From: Gammaproteobacteria bacterium
GTDB lineage: Bacteria; Pseudomonadota; Gammaproteobacteria; Eutrophobiales; Eutrophobiaceae
DNA: 64,000 nucleotides
Direction of reading: 5' to 3'
NCBI GenBank assembly: GCA_030835405.1
Contig: JAURPG010000065.1
Coordinates: forward strand, 1,505-65,504
Made by a program: the position numbers and the translations under genes. Below the pieces are notes generated by a model that searched no databases, had not been told where the DNA came from, and saw only the letters and a program-made list of their open reading frames with translations. Positions 39,976 through 53,117 of this stretch are shown here, piece after piece; the first letter of the stretch is position 1; the number at the start of each line of letters is the position of its first letter.

Positions 39976-42057
39976 ATGCCAATTAAAATATCAATTAAAA
40001 CCAAACTCCTGATGCTCTCAATCGCTGTCTTGAGTATCCCTTACGTTGGTTATGAATACTTACGGGAAATGGAGCAATACCTCCGAGATTCTCTCGAGGC
40101 GTCATTAATAGACTCAGCTATTGCGGTATCAGGGCCCCTACATAATAAGGACATTTTATTTCCCCCGGGTGAACAAACTATACAACCTTCTATATTTGTC
40201 CATAAATTAACTCATCCAATCCAAATGGATGGTTATACAGATGACTGGATGTCTTATCTGAGTTGGTCTGATACATATATGAAAGATAGTGGAAATGCAC
40301 TAGACCCTTTAATTTATAAATTTATTATCAGCCGTTATCAGCAATACTATTATGCCTTATTACAGGTTCAGGATTCCCAGTCAGTATTCCGACTACGTGA
40401 GAATCCTGGTGCATTAGATAACGACCATGTGATTTTAAGTTTCAAAAATTATAATGGAGACCTCAAGCATTATTATTTTTCCCCCGCTGACTCCGGTGAG
40501 TTCACGCCATTTGAATTAATTAGGGTTAAAGACCAATTTGGTGTGGAAAATAATGAGTATGATTATAAGACCAACATTGGGGCTTACTGGCGGCAGACAG
40601 AAACAGGTTATAATCTGGAGATTCGTATACCGGTTAATCTCATTAGTGGGACCTTGGGCGTCACTGTTTCCGATGTGGATGACCCTGTAGAGCGAACAGT
40701 TTCTTCAGTTGTTGGTACTGCGGGTAGTCAAACCTGGTTTGATCCCGGTCGGGTACTGCAATCTTCACTTGTAATAGAAGAGATGATTGAAAATTACGCG
40801 CGTATTGAAGGCAGGCGGATCTGGGTACTGAACAATAATGGTCAGGTGCTGGCGACAACCGGCTCTTTAACAAAAGATCTACCAGGACCTACTTTTAATC
40901 TGCTTTATAGTTTATTGCTGCCGCCCGTCCATCAAAGATTCAGTGATGATCTCTCGGGTGCATCACGACTTCAGGGTGATGAAATTAGTACGGCATTGAA
41001 AGGAATTCCCGGCAGCAGGTGGCGTACCTCACCTGATGACAGGGCAATTATTTTATCGGCTGCAGCACCGGTAATGATAAATAACATGCCAAACGGAGTG
41101 GTCGTGGTGGAAGAAACCACATCACATATCCAGATTCAGCAGCGAGAGGCCATGGCGTCACTATTTAACAAGTCCTTGTTTGTTTTTATCTTTGTCACTT
41201 TGCTATTACTAATATTTGCTACCCGGCTATCCATACGTATCAGGCAACTGGAACGCGATGCAGCGACCGCAATCGATCAACATGGCCGTGTCGTTGGCGG
41301 ATTCAGAACAAGTGATTCCACCGATGAAATAGGTGACCTGTCACGGAACTATGCTGCGATGCTCGCCAGATTAAAGGAATACAATAAGTATCTGGAAAAA
41401 TTGGCGGGCAGGTTATCACATGAACTACGCACCCCTATGACAGTGGTGCAATCATCTCTGGATCAACTCAAAGATGTAGACTCTGTTAGTGAAAAGGGAA
41501 CCTATCTTGAACGCGCCAGGGAAGGGATACGCCGATTAAATACCATTGTCATGCGCTTGAGTGAAGCGACCAGGCTCGAACAAGCCTTGCAAAATACAGA
41601 ACGGCGGTTTGAAAATGTAAATGACCTTATTTCTAAATGTACTGAGGGTTACAGAGTGGCATTCCCGGACGTGGAATTTATGCCGAATATTCCCGGACCA
41701 GTCCTTACCAGAAATGTGGCGGCGGATTTGCTCGTGCAAATGTTGGATAAAGTGGTTAAGAATGCGATTGATTTCAAGTCACCTGATTCCCCCATCGAAA
41801 TAGCATTAATGGGGAATGAAAAATCCTGGGAAATAAAGGTTGTGAATTATGGTCCAGCACTTCCAGATTCCATGGATGAGCAACTGTTTAATTCAATGAT
41901 ATCTTTAAGGGATAAAAAAGACGATACGGAACCACATCTGGGGCTTGGTTTATATATTGTCCGTCTGGTAGTGGAGTTTCATGGAGGGGTAGTTTCGGCA
42001 CAAAATTTGCCGAATGAAAAAGGCGTTAAAGTAACAATGGTCTTTCCCCATGAATGA
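39976..42057 (+). CDS. sensor histidine kinase with large periplasmic domain (partner of 39231..39920)
   Basis: 2 TM helices, HAMP, HisKA 'LSHELRTPMT', HATPase_c. Confidence 0.85.
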   Translation: MPIKISIKTKLLMLSIAVLSIPYVGYEYLREMEQYLRDSLEASLIDSAIAVSGPLHNKDILFPPGEQTIQPSIFVHKLTHPIQMDGYTDDWMSYLSWSDTYMKDSGNALDPLIYKFIISRYQQYYYALLQVQDSQSVFRLRENPGALDNDHVILSFKNYNGDLKHYYFSPADSGEFTPFELIRVKDQFGVENNEYDYKTNIGAYWRQTETGYNLEIRIPVNLISGTLGVTVSDVDDPVERTVSSVVGTAGSQTWFDPGRVLQSSLVIEEMIENYARIEGRRIWVLNNNGQVLATTGSLTKDLPGPTFNLLYSLLLPPVHQRFSDDLSGASRLQGDEISTALKGIPGSRWRTSPDDRAIILSAAAPVMINNMPNGVVVVEETTSHIQIQQREAMASLFNKSLFVFIFVTLLLLIFATRLSIRIRQLERDAATAIDQHGRVVGGFRTSDSTDEIGDLSRNYAAMLARLKEYNKYLEKLAGRLSHELRTPMTVVQSSLDQLKDVDSVSEKGTYLERAREGIRRLNTIVMRLSEATRLEQALQNTERRFENVNDLISKCTEGYRVAFPDVEFMPNIPGPVLTRNVAADLLVQMLDKVVKNAIDFKSPDSPIEIALMGNEKSWEIKVVNYGPALPDSMDEQLFNSMISLRDKKDDTEPHLGLGLYIVRLVVEFHGGVVSAQNLPNEKGVKVTMVFPHE

Positions 42058-42058
42058 T

Positions 42059-42736
42059 TTACCAGTTTGCAACTGTGCGTCTGGCTTGTTCATTCCCAAG
42101 CCTGCTCAATATGCCAGACTGCGTTAGGACAATTTGATAAATGGCCTGATCTGCCATGGGGAGATAAACGCTGTTACCATAATAAGTGTCAATCCAGTCC
42201 AGATGGTTTTGTAACTTTATTAATACAGGCCAAAGCTCAAGACCTGGTTCTGAAGACAGGTCAAATATACTGCGTTGGTCATATCTTTCCTGGTCTATAT
42301 TGCGATAGCGACCACTTAATCTTTCCAGTCTGTATCTTGAGTCCAGTCCGGCGACTATCGCGGTTGGTTTCCATTTCAAGATACGGGCATCAATTTGCCA
42401 TTCATCGCCATTGAGCAGATAGCTTTGCCCGTCTCCTGCATCAGACTGGGTGAGGACAGCAAGAAACTGTTGTGAGCCAGATTGCCAGAATTGAATGGAG
42501 GCTATCAGTTCCTCTTTAGTAAGCCTTTGATATGTATCTAAGTTAACCCCAATTAACGAGATAATTAAGGAAGTAAAAAGAAAGCCCAGGGAAGATACAC
42601 CCAGCAGCCAGCATTTTAAAATTCGCTTTTTAGATAGGGTAAAAAGCGCAAGTAAAAAAAACAGCAGGCCAATAATTCCAGTGATAATCACTGGAAATAC
42701 AAATAATTTATCAATTTGAGGGAAATTACCAATCAT
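42059..42736 (-). CDS. hypothetical membrane protein
   Basis: N-terminal 2 TM helices; no recognisable domain. Confidence 0.4.
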   Translation of the reverse strand: MIGNFPQIDKLFVFPVIITGIIGLLFFLLALFTLSKKRILKCWLLGVSSLGFLFTSLIISLIGVNLDTYQRLTKEELIASIQFWQSGSQQFLAVLTQSDAGDGQSYLLNGDEWQIDARILKWKPTAIVAGLDSRYRLERLSGRYRNIDQERYDQRSIFDLSSEPGLELWPVLIKLQNHLDWIDTYYGNSVYLPMADQAIYQIVLTQSGILSRLGNEQARRTVANW

Positions 42737-42897
42737 AGCTCAAAAAGTCACCAGAAAACGGGTTTCCCAACGGTTTTGAATACTGTAGCATTTTTACCCC
42801 TAATATAAAGTAACCATTATGTCTTATCTTGTTTTAATAATGCTAAAAATAGAATTCCCAGAAAAATTCTAATAACCACCAGACAGTTTTTTAAATT

Positions 42898-45862
<2,965 letters not shown>

Positions 45863-45865
45863 CAA

Positions 45866-46366
45866 ATGGAAAACTCAATAGACTTTAACCTTAAGGACCT
45901 GGCGGAAAACTTAATTGCCAGGAAATGGAAAATTGTAGTAGCAGAATCCTGTACAGGCGGCGGGGTTGCCAGGGCAATTACAAATTTGCCAGGGAGTTCA
46001 AGCTGGTTTGATCGCGGGTTTGTGACCTATTCCAATGAGTCGAAAATAGAAATGTTAAATGTCACAAGAAAAACCCTCGATACTCATGGTGCGGTCAGTA
46101 TCGAAACGGCAACGGAAATGGTGGAAGGGGCATTACAACACAGTCATGCCCAGGTTGGTCTGGCAGTAACCGGGATCGCCGGTCCTGATGGTGGGACAGA
46201 GGACAAACCTGTGGGGACCGTGTGCTTTGCCTGGAGCGCGATTAACACACCTACATTAAATGCCATTTCAAAATTTGACGGAGAGCGAAATGAAGTCAGA
46301 GAACAGGCGATTATGATGGCCATCCAGGGACTGTCAGAACTGGTTGAAAAACTGTTAAAACATTGA
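45866..46366 (+). CDS. pncC: CinA C-terminal domain protein (NMN amidohydrolase PncC-like)
   Basis: 'VAESCTGGGVA' and 'GTVCFAW'. Confidence 0.75.
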   Translation: MENSIDFNLKDLAENLIARKWKIVVAESCTGGGVARAITNLPGSSSWFDRGFVTYSNESKIEMLNVTRKTLDTHGAVSIETATEMVEGALQHSHAQVGLAVTGIAGPDGGTEDKPVGTVCFAWSAINTPTLNAISKFDGERNEVREQAIMMAIQGLSELVEKLLKH

Positions 46367-46447
46367 GATTAATGAGAGGCTAAATTTCCGGTATATTCAA
46401 CTGCATTTTTAAAATTGCCCTGTCATGAATAACTTATAACTATATTT

Positions 46448-46948
46448 ATGAGACTGTTTTACGCCATTTGGCCTGATATACAAGTTAGAAACCAGTTGGT
46501 GGCGCTCTCATGGCAGTTAGATAAAGGCAAGATCGTCCCGCCAGGTAATCTCCATTTAACCTTGTTGTTTCTGGGACAAATTGATGGCCGAAGATTAGAT
46601 TCCCTGATTGAAGCAACAAATAAAATTCAGGGCAAAAAGTTTTCTCTGAATCTCTCAAAATATGGCTTCTTTAAGCGATCCGATGTCTTCTGGTTAGCAC
46701 CTGATAGTAACCCGGATGGGTTAATCGAACTTGTTAATAATCTGTCAGATCTTGCAGTTAAGAATAATATTTCTATCGATGATCGTCCCTATCAACCCCA
46801 TGTCACCCTCGCACATAAGACCCGCTCAAACGTACCATTAAATCCGGTAACCATCCCCTGGACAGTTTCAAAATTCTCCCTGGTGGAATCGAAAACCCTG
46901 CCACAGGGGGCAAACTACCAAATACTTCACTCCTGGCCACTTACCTGA
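46448..46948 (+). CDS. thpR: RNA 2',3'-cyclic phosphodiesterase (2H family, ThpR/LigT)
   Basis: Two H-x-T/S-x motifs, 'HLTLLFLG' and 'HVTLAHK'. Confidence 0.8.
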   Translation: MRLFYAIWPDIQVRNQLVALSWQLDKGKIVPPGNLHLTLLFLGQIDGRRLDSLIEATNKIQGKKFSLNLSKYGFFKRSDVFWLAPDSNPDGLIELVNNLSDLAVKNNISIDDRPYQPHVTLAHKTRSNVPLNPVTIPWTVSKFSLVESKTLPQGANYQILHSWPLT

Positions 46949-47006
46949 GGTCATTTTTATGGGATAATCAGGGGTTCAGTAAACCAATAACGTGGAGATT
47001 TGATCA

Positions 47007-48041
47007 ATGGACGAGAAAAAGAAACAGGCATTAGATATTGCCCTGGGCCAGATTGAAAAGCAGTTTGGTAAGGGCTCGATAATGCGCATGAGCGAAGACA
47101 GTATCATTCAGGATGTCGAAGCAGTCTCAACAGGTTCACTGGGTCTTGATATTGCCCTGGGGATAGGTGGTTTTCCCCGTGGCAGGGTGGTAGAAATATA
47201 TGGCCCGGAATCTTCTGGTAAGACCACGCTTGCATTGCATGCGGCGGCGGAAATCCAGAAAGCAGGCGGTACCGCGGCATTTGTTGATGCTGAACATGCC
47301 CTGGACCCCAAGTATGCGGAAAAGCTGGGTGTCGAAATAGAGGATCTGCTGATATCTCAACCGGACACAGGCGAACAGGCCCTTGAGATCACCGATATGC
47401 TGGTGCGTTCCGGTGCGGTAGACCTGGTGATTATCGATTCAGTAGCGGCATTAACCCCAAAGGCAGAAATCGAAGGAGACATGGGGGACAGCCATATGGG
47501 CCTTCAGGCACGCCTGATGTCTCAGGCATTGAGAAAACTGACGGCCAATATCAAGCGATCCAATACTCTGGTAATCTTTATTAACCAGATCCGCATGAAG
47601 ATAGGTGTCATGTTTGGTAGCCCTGAAACCACTACCGGCGGCAACGCATTGAAATTTTACGCATCGGTACGGCTGGATATTCGCCGGATTGGTGCCATTA
47701 AAAAGGCAGACGAAATCATTGGGAATGAGACCCGGGTCAAGGTCTTGAAGAACAAGGTCGCCCCGCCATTTAAGGAAGTTATTTTTGACATCCTCTACGG
47801 AGAAGGCATATCACGGGAGAGTGAGATCATTAGTCTTGGAACCCAGCATGATATCCTTGAAAAATCCGGTGCCTGGTATAGTTATAATGGTGAACGGATA
47901 GGACAGGGGAAAGAGAATGTCAGGGTTTATCTGAAAGACAATCCTGAAATTGCCCGGGAAGTAGAGGCAAAGATCCGTGAAAAAGTCCTGCCGGATACTG
48001 TTAAAGCAGTTGAGGAGCAAGAGCAGGAGGCAGAAACCTGA
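47007..48041 (+). CDS. recA: recombinase RecA
   Basis: Near-canonical RecA sequence ([10 protein letters not shown]2 loop). Confidence 0.97.
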   Translation: MDEKKKQALDIALGQIEKQFGKGSIMRMSEDSIIQDVEAVSTGSLGLDIALGIGGFPRGRVVEIYGPESSGKTTLALHAAAEIQKAGGTAAFVDAEHALDPKYAEKLGVEIEDLLISQPDTGEQALEITDMLVRSGAVDLVIIDSVAALTPKAEIEGDMGDSHMGLQARLMSQALRKLTANIKRSNTLVIFINQIRMKIGVMFGSPETTTGGNALKFYASVRLDIRRIGAIKKADEIIGNETRVKVLKNKVAPPFKEVIFDILYGEGISRESEIISLGTQHDILEKSGAWYSYNGERIGQGKENVRVYLKDNPEIAREVEAKIREKVLPDTVKAVEEQEQEAET

Positions 48042-48481
48042 GTGACGATAAGCGGCAGGCCAGGGAATATGTCATTGGCATACTCGCCCGTCGGGAACAC
48101 AGTCGCAGGGAGTTGACCCGTAAACTCAGGGCAAAAGGATATGACCCGGACCTCATTGAGGCCTTGATCGAGCAGCTAGGCCAGGAAGGACTGCAAAGCG
48201 ATACCCGTTATGCCGATTCCTATCTCTATAGTCGCACACAAAAGGGCTACGGGCCTGTCAGGCTTCGGCAGGAATTAAAGGAACGTGGTGTCGATGATAC
48301 AACCATTGAAAATAGCCTGGAAAACCTGGAGATTGACTGGACTGAAAGGCTTACGGAAGTGAGAAAGAAAAAATTTGGTGAGACGATACCAAAGGATTAT
48401 AAAGAACAGGCGAAGGAATCCCGTTTTTTGCAATATCGCGGATTTACTTCTGAGCAGATTCAAAAACTTTATCAACGGTGA
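48038..48481 (+). CDS. recX: recombination regulator RecX (start uncertain: CTG 48038 overlapping recA stop, or TTG 48113)
   Basis: RecX homology '[22 protein letters not shown]' lies in-frame upstream of the TTG at 48113. No ATG/GTG/TTG in that extension. Confidence 0.7.
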   Translation: MSDDKRQAREYVIGILARREHSRRELTRKLRAKGYDPDLIEALIEQLGQEGLQSDTRYADSYLYSRTQKGYGPVRLRQELKERGVDDTTIENSLENLEIDWTERLTEVRKKKFGETIPKDYKEQAKESRFLQYRGFTSEQIQKLYQR

Positions 48482-48484
48482 ACA

Positions 48485-51091
48485 ATGACCAGTAACCAAA
48501 TCAGGAAAGCATTTCTGGATTACTTCCAGGGAAAGGGACATGAGGTTGTTCCCAGTAGTCCGCTGGTGCCTGCCAATGATCCCACCCTGTTGTTTACCAA
48601 TGCAGGAATGGTCCAGTTCAAGGAACTGTTTCTGGGAAAGGAGACGAGATCATATAATCGTGCAGCCAGTTCACAGCGTTGTATCCGTGCAGGTGGTAAA
48701 CACAATGACCTGGATAATGTTGGCTACACTGCCAGGCACCATACCTTTTTTGAAATGTTGGGGAATTTCAGTTTCGGAGATTATTTCAAACAGGACGCCA
48801 TAGAGTTTGCCTGGGAATTTTTAACAAAGGTGTTAGGCATTCCGGAAGAAAAACTCTGGGTGACCGTGTTTGAGGATGATGATGAGGCCGCAGACATCTG
48901 GTTAAAGCATATGGGAATCAATGAGGATCAGTTCAGCCGCTGTGGAGAATCAGAAAACTTCTGGGCCATGGGGGACACCGGGCCATGCGGACCTTGCAGT
49001 GAGATCTTTTATGACCATGGCGAATCCATTCCGGGTGGCCCTCCCGGAAGTCCCGATGCAGAAGGTGATCGATATGTTGAGATCTGGAACCTGGTATTTA
49101 CCCAGTATGACCGTAGTAAAGATGGCACTTTAACTGAAATTCCTAAACCCTCGGTGGATACGGGTATGGGTCTGGAACGTATCGCCGCAGTGATGCAGGG
49201 GGTCCATAATAATTATGATATTGACACCTTCAAGCACATCATTACTGCAATTCAATCATTAGATGGCTTATCTAACATCAATGATCTGACATCTCAACGA
49301 GTGATTGCAGATCACATCCGTTCCTGGGCGTTTCTAATTGTTGATGGTGTCGTGCCATCCAATGAAGGCCGGGGTTATGTATTGCGCAGGATCATCAGGC
49401 GGGCAATCCGGCATGGTAATAAGATCGGCTTTAGTGAACCGTTTTTTCATAAACTGGTTACACCACTTGCCGAGGCCATGGGAGACATGGGCAGGGTATT
49501 GATAGACAGAAAAGAATTTGTTGAAAAGAACCTGTTCCAGGAGGAACAGCGATTTGCCGAAACCTTGGAATTAGGACTCAAGCATCTGGAAGATGCCATT
49601 GATGGTTTAAAAGACAATCTCATACCAGGGGAAGACATATTCAAACTCTACGATACCTATGGTTTCCCCGTGGATTTAACCTCTGATATAGCCAGGGAAC
49701 GAAATCTTGAAATGGACATGGCCGGGTTCGAAAAGGCCATGGGTGCCCAACGGGACCGGGCCCGTGCCGCCAGCAAGTTTGAAATGGATTTGTCTGCAGA
49801 TGCAACTAACCTGGCTTACAACACAGAATTTACCGGCTATGAAGACATTCAGGGTGATACGAAAGTAATAGCCATTTTTAAAGATGGGAATGTCGTTGAC
49901 ACTGCCGGTAAAGGTGATGAGGTGGGAATTATTCTAAATCAAACGCCTTTTTACGCGGAGTCTGGAGGTCAGGTGGGTGATACCGGTCAGTTACAATCTG
50001 ATAATGCAAACTTCAGTGTTATGGATACCCAAAAACTCGGTGATGCCCATTTACATCGAGGTATTATAGAAAGCGGAGAAATAAAAGTCGAGCAAAACCT
50101 ATGGGCGGTTGTGGATGCAGGTCTAAGGCAAAATATCGTTCGTAACCATTCTGCCACCCACTTATTACATGCCGCATTACGTCAAATACTCGGTAATCAT
50201 GTCACTCAGAAAGGTTCACTGGTAGAGGCCTCCCGGTTACGGTTTGATTTCTCTCATTCAGATGCTGTGACTTCTGAAGAGTTGATTCAGATTGAAGATC
50301 TGGTCAACCAGAAGATCCTGGAAAACACCAGGGCCAGTACTGAAGTCATGGGATTGGAGCAAGCAAAAAAATCCGGTGCCATGTCCCTGTTCGGCGAGAA
50401 GTACAGTGAAACGGTCAGGGTATTAAAGATTGGGGGAGATTTTTCTATTGAATTATGTGGTGGTACCCATGTTAATTATGCCGGTGATATTGGCCTGTTT
50501 AAAATTGTCTCGGAAACGGGGATTGCGGCGGGTGTCAGGCGCATAGAGGCACTGACCGGTAAAGAGGCGATAAGATATGTCCGGGATAATGAAGCGAAAA
50601 TAAATTCTCTGGAAAACTTGCTAAAGACAGATCAGGCGAATATCGAATCAAAACTTCAACAAGTATTGGATAAGGTTAAAGCCCAGGAAAAGGAACTCAG
50701 TCGACTCAAGGCGTCTCTGGCCAGTAAGGCAGGAGGCGATCTGATATCTGAAGCGGTTGAGATCGAAGGTATCAAGGTGCTGGCGAAATCCCTGGATGAT
50801 ATCGATCAGAAATCCCTGCGTGAAACACTTGACCAATTAAAGAACAAGCTTGGTTCTGGTGCGATTGTGCTGGCCAGTGTCAATGGTAGTAAGATCAGCC
50901 TGGTGGCTGGCGTTACCAAAGATGCAACCGACAGGATAAAGGCAGGCGAACTGGTCAATTTTGTTGCCCAGCAGGTTGGCGGCAAAGGGGGAGGCCGTCC
51001 GGACATGGCCCAGGCAGGTGGTAATGATCCAGCGGCGTTGCCCGATGCACTCAAAGGAGTTCCCGATTGGGTGAAACAGCAATTGTCCTGA
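48485..51091 (+). CDS. alaS: alanine--tRNA ligase
   Basis: Full-length AlaS (N-terminus [14 protein letters not shown]..; editing and C-Ala domains). Confidence 0.97.
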   Translation: MTSNQIRKAFLDYFQGKGHEVVPSSPLVPANDPTLLFTNAGMVQFKELFLGKETRSYNRAASSQRCIRAGGKHNDLDNVGYTARHHTFFEMLGNFSFGDYFKQDAIEFAWEFLTKVLGIPEEKLWVTVFEDDDEAADIWLKHMGINEDQFSRCGESENFWAMGDTGPCGPCSEIFYDHGESIPGGPPGSPDAEGDRYVEIWNLVFTQYDRSKDGTLTEIPKPSVDTGMGLERIAAVMQGVHNNYDIDTFKHIITAIQSLDGLSNINDLTSQRVIADHIRSWAFLIVDGVVPSNEGRGYVLRRIIRRAIRHGNKIGFSEPFFHKLVTPLAEAMGDMGRVLIDRKEFVEKNLFQEEQRFAETLELGLKHLEDAIDGLKDNLIPGEDIFKLYDTYGFPVDLTSDIARERNLEMDMAGFEKAMGAQRDRARAASKFEMDLSADATNLAYNTEFTGYEDIQGDTKVIAIFKDGNVVDTAGKGDEVGIILNQTPFYAESGGQVGDTGQLQSDNANFSVMDTQKLGDAHLHRGIIESGEIKVEQNLWAVVDAGLRQNIVRNHSATHLLHAALRQILGNHVTQKGSLVEASRLRFDFSHSDAVTSEELIQIEDLVNQKILENTRASTEVMGLEQAKKSGAMSLFGEKYSETVRVLKIGGDFSIELCGGTHVNYAGDIGLFKIVSETGIAAGVRRIEALTGKEAIRYVRDNEAKINSLENLLKTDQANIESKLQQVLDKVKAQEKELSRLKASLASKAGGDLISEAVEIEGIKVLAKSLDDIDQKSLRETLDQLKNKLGSGAIVLASVNGSKISLVAGVTKDATDRIKAGELVNFVAQQVGGKGGGRPDMAQAGGNDPAALPDALKGVPDWVKQQLS

Positions 51092-51162
51092 ATGAACACT
51101 TGTTATCCATTTGAAATCCGTTAGAATTCGCGGCCTTTTTACAAAAAACAATCAATATCAAC

Positions 51163-51915
51163 ATGGCACTTATTGTAGAAAAATATGGCGGTACCTCGGT
51201 GGGATCCATCGAACGGATCATGGCGGTAGCTGATCGTGTGATGGAAACATTCAACGCGGGGAACCAGGTCATTGTTGTCCTGTCAGCAATGGCGGGAGAA
51301 ACAGATCGCTTGATATCACTGGCCAGGGAGGTTTCTCCCAATCCCGACCCCAGGGAAATGGATGTCTTGATATCAACCGGAGAGCAGGTCTCCATTGCCC
51401 TGTTAAGCATAACACTACAGTCAAGAGGTTATTTGGCAAAGTCATTTACCGGAAGCCAGGTCAGTGTTCATACCGATAGTGTCCATAACAAGGCACGTAT
51501 TGAAAAGATTGATACTCAGAATATTCAGCAAGCCCTGGATAAGGGACAAATCGTTGTTGTAGCTGGATTTCAGGGCAAGGACAATGAAGGGGATATTACT
51601 ACCCTTGGCAGAGGGGGGAGCGATACCAGTGCGGTGGCATTGGCTGCGGCCATGAAGGCTGATGAGTGCAGGATTTATACGGACGTTGATGGTGTTTATA
51701 CCGCTGATCCCAGAATTGTCCCCGATGCCCGGCGCATGGCATGTATCAGTTATGAAGAAATGCTGGAGATGGCAAGCCTGGGCTCCAAGGTCTTGCAAAT
51801 CCGCTCCGTTGAATTTGCCAATAAATATAAAGTGCCCCTGAGAGTTTTGTCGAGTTTCAATCCAGGCGATGGCACGTTGATAATTGATGAGGATGAAGAA
51901 ATGGAACAAGCATAG
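51163..51915 (+). CDS. lysC: aspartate kinase, catalytic (amino-acid kinase) domain; terminated by in-frame TAG
   Basis: 'KYGGTSV' N-terminus. Ends at TAG 51913-51915 exactly where homologues continue 'EQ(P/A)IISGIAFNRDEAKLT'. Confidence 0.85.
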   Translation: MALIVEKYGGTSVGSIERIMAVADRVMETFNAGNQVIVVLSAMAGETDRLISLAREVSPNPDPREMDVLISTGEQVSIALLSITLQSRGYLAKSFTGSQVSVHTDSVHNKARIEKIDTQNIQQALDKGQIVVVAGFQGKDNEGDITTLGRGGSDTSAVALAAAMKADECRIYTDVDGVYTADPRIVPDARRMACISYEEMLEMASLGSKVLQIRSVEFANKYKVPLRVLSSFNPGDGTLIIDEDEEMEQA

Positions 51916-51960
51916 CTTTCAGGAAGCGCCCAAAATCGTGATGAGGCAAAGTTAACCGTC

Positions 51961-52392
51961 GTGGGTGCCCCGGACACGCCTGGAATCGCATATAAAATTC
52001 TGGGGCCCATTGCCGAAGCCAATATCGAGGTGGACATGATTGTGCAGAATGTCGGCGCCGATGGCACAACCGATTTCACCTTTACGGTACATCGAAATGA
52101 TTACGAACGGGCTATGGAAATCCTCAAGAACACCGCAAAAGAAACCAATGCGCGTGATGTCAATGGCGACAACAAGATTGCCAAGCTTTCCATTGTTGGT
52201 GTGGGTATGCGATCCCATGCCGGCATTGCCAGCAATATGTTCAAGGCACTGGCTGATGAAGGGATTAATATTCAAATGATTTCAACCTCTGAGATTAAAG
52301 TCTCAGTTGTGGTTGATGAGAAGTACCTGGAGCTGGGTGTTCGAACCTTACATGCATCATTTGGTCTGGAGAAGGATGGATTTGTAGAATAA
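51961..52392 (+). CDS. lysC: aspartate kinase regulatory ACT-ACT region (same frame as 51163..51915; beta-subunit-like)
   Basis: 'PDTPGIAYKILGPIAEANIEVDMIVQNV' ACT domains. In-frame GTG 16 codons after the TAG. Confidence 0.8.
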   Translation: MGAPDTPGIAYKILGPIAEANIEVDMIVQNVGADGTTDFTFTVHRNDYERAMEILKNTAKETNARDVNGDNKIAKLSIVGVGMRSHAGIASNMFKALADEGINIQMISTSEIKVSVVVDEKYLELGVRTLHASFGLEKDGFVE

Positions 52393-52568
52393 TAGCCACC
52401 AGCCAGCGGATTTTTGGTGTTTTTACAAATATTTGTAATTCAAGGAATTGTCAGATCGAATCAGAGTCTGAAGCTAAATAAATCAGCATCTACAATATGA
52501 AATAGTTATTATAGAATTCTCATTGGGTTACAATCGGATGTATCAGGGACAATAAGGAGTTAACAGCC

Positions 52569-52778
52569 ATGTTAATATTGACACGCAGGATAGGTGAATC
52601 TTTGATGATTGGAAACAATATCAATGTCACAGTGTTGGGAATTAGAGGGAACCAGGTACGAATAGGGGTCAATGCTCCTAAGGACATCGCGGTACATCGC
52701 GAAGAAATTTACGATAAAATTCAACATGAAACATCTAATGGTCAGGGAAGCGATAACGAAAAAGATCCAGGAAAGTAA
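52569..52778 (+). CDS. csrA: carbon storage regulator CsrA/RsmA
   Basis: '[48 protein letters not shown]'. Confidence 0.95.
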   Translation: MLILTRRIGESLMIGNNINVTVLGIRGNQVRIGVNAPKDIAVHREEIYDKIQHETSNGQGSDNEKDPGK

Positions 52779-52855
52779 TCATAAAAGACTTTAATTTAAT
52801 GGCGGCCAAATAGTTTAGAAACAGTCTTGCCGTTATTAACCTTGTATAGAATATC

Positions 52856-52946
52856 GGAGAGGTGGCCGAGTGGCTGAAGGCGCTCCCCTGCTAAGGGAGT
52901 ATGGGTCAAAAGCCCATCGAGGGTTCGAATCCCTCTCTCTCCGCCA
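52856..52946 (+). tRNA. tRNA-Ser (anticodon GCU)
   Basis: Hand-folded: acceptor GGAGAGG/TCTCTCC, anticodon loop CTGCTAA, long variable arm, T-loop TTCGAAT, encoded CCA. Confidence 0.85.
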
Positions 52947-53005
52947 TACAGTCTGGTCTCTGTTGAGTGTCTCTGCAGAGACCACGCATTTATCAAATTA
53001 TCCGC

Positions 53006-53089
53006 CCGAACTTTCGCATCAACCGACGAGGGTGCGAGAGCAGGGCATGCGTCGGTTTAAATCGACATTGCAAGCGCAGCGTTTTTTAA
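53006..53089 (+). repeat. 84-bp IS6-family transposase 3'-end fragment (direct repeat copy 1; identical to 57538..57621)
   Basis: Exact 84-bp match to the C-terminal coding region of the transposase remnant ('ELSHQPTRVREQGMRRFKSTLQAQRFL'). Confidence 0.8.
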
Positions 53090-53117
53090 ATGCAAATTTA
53101 AAACTAATAATTACTTT

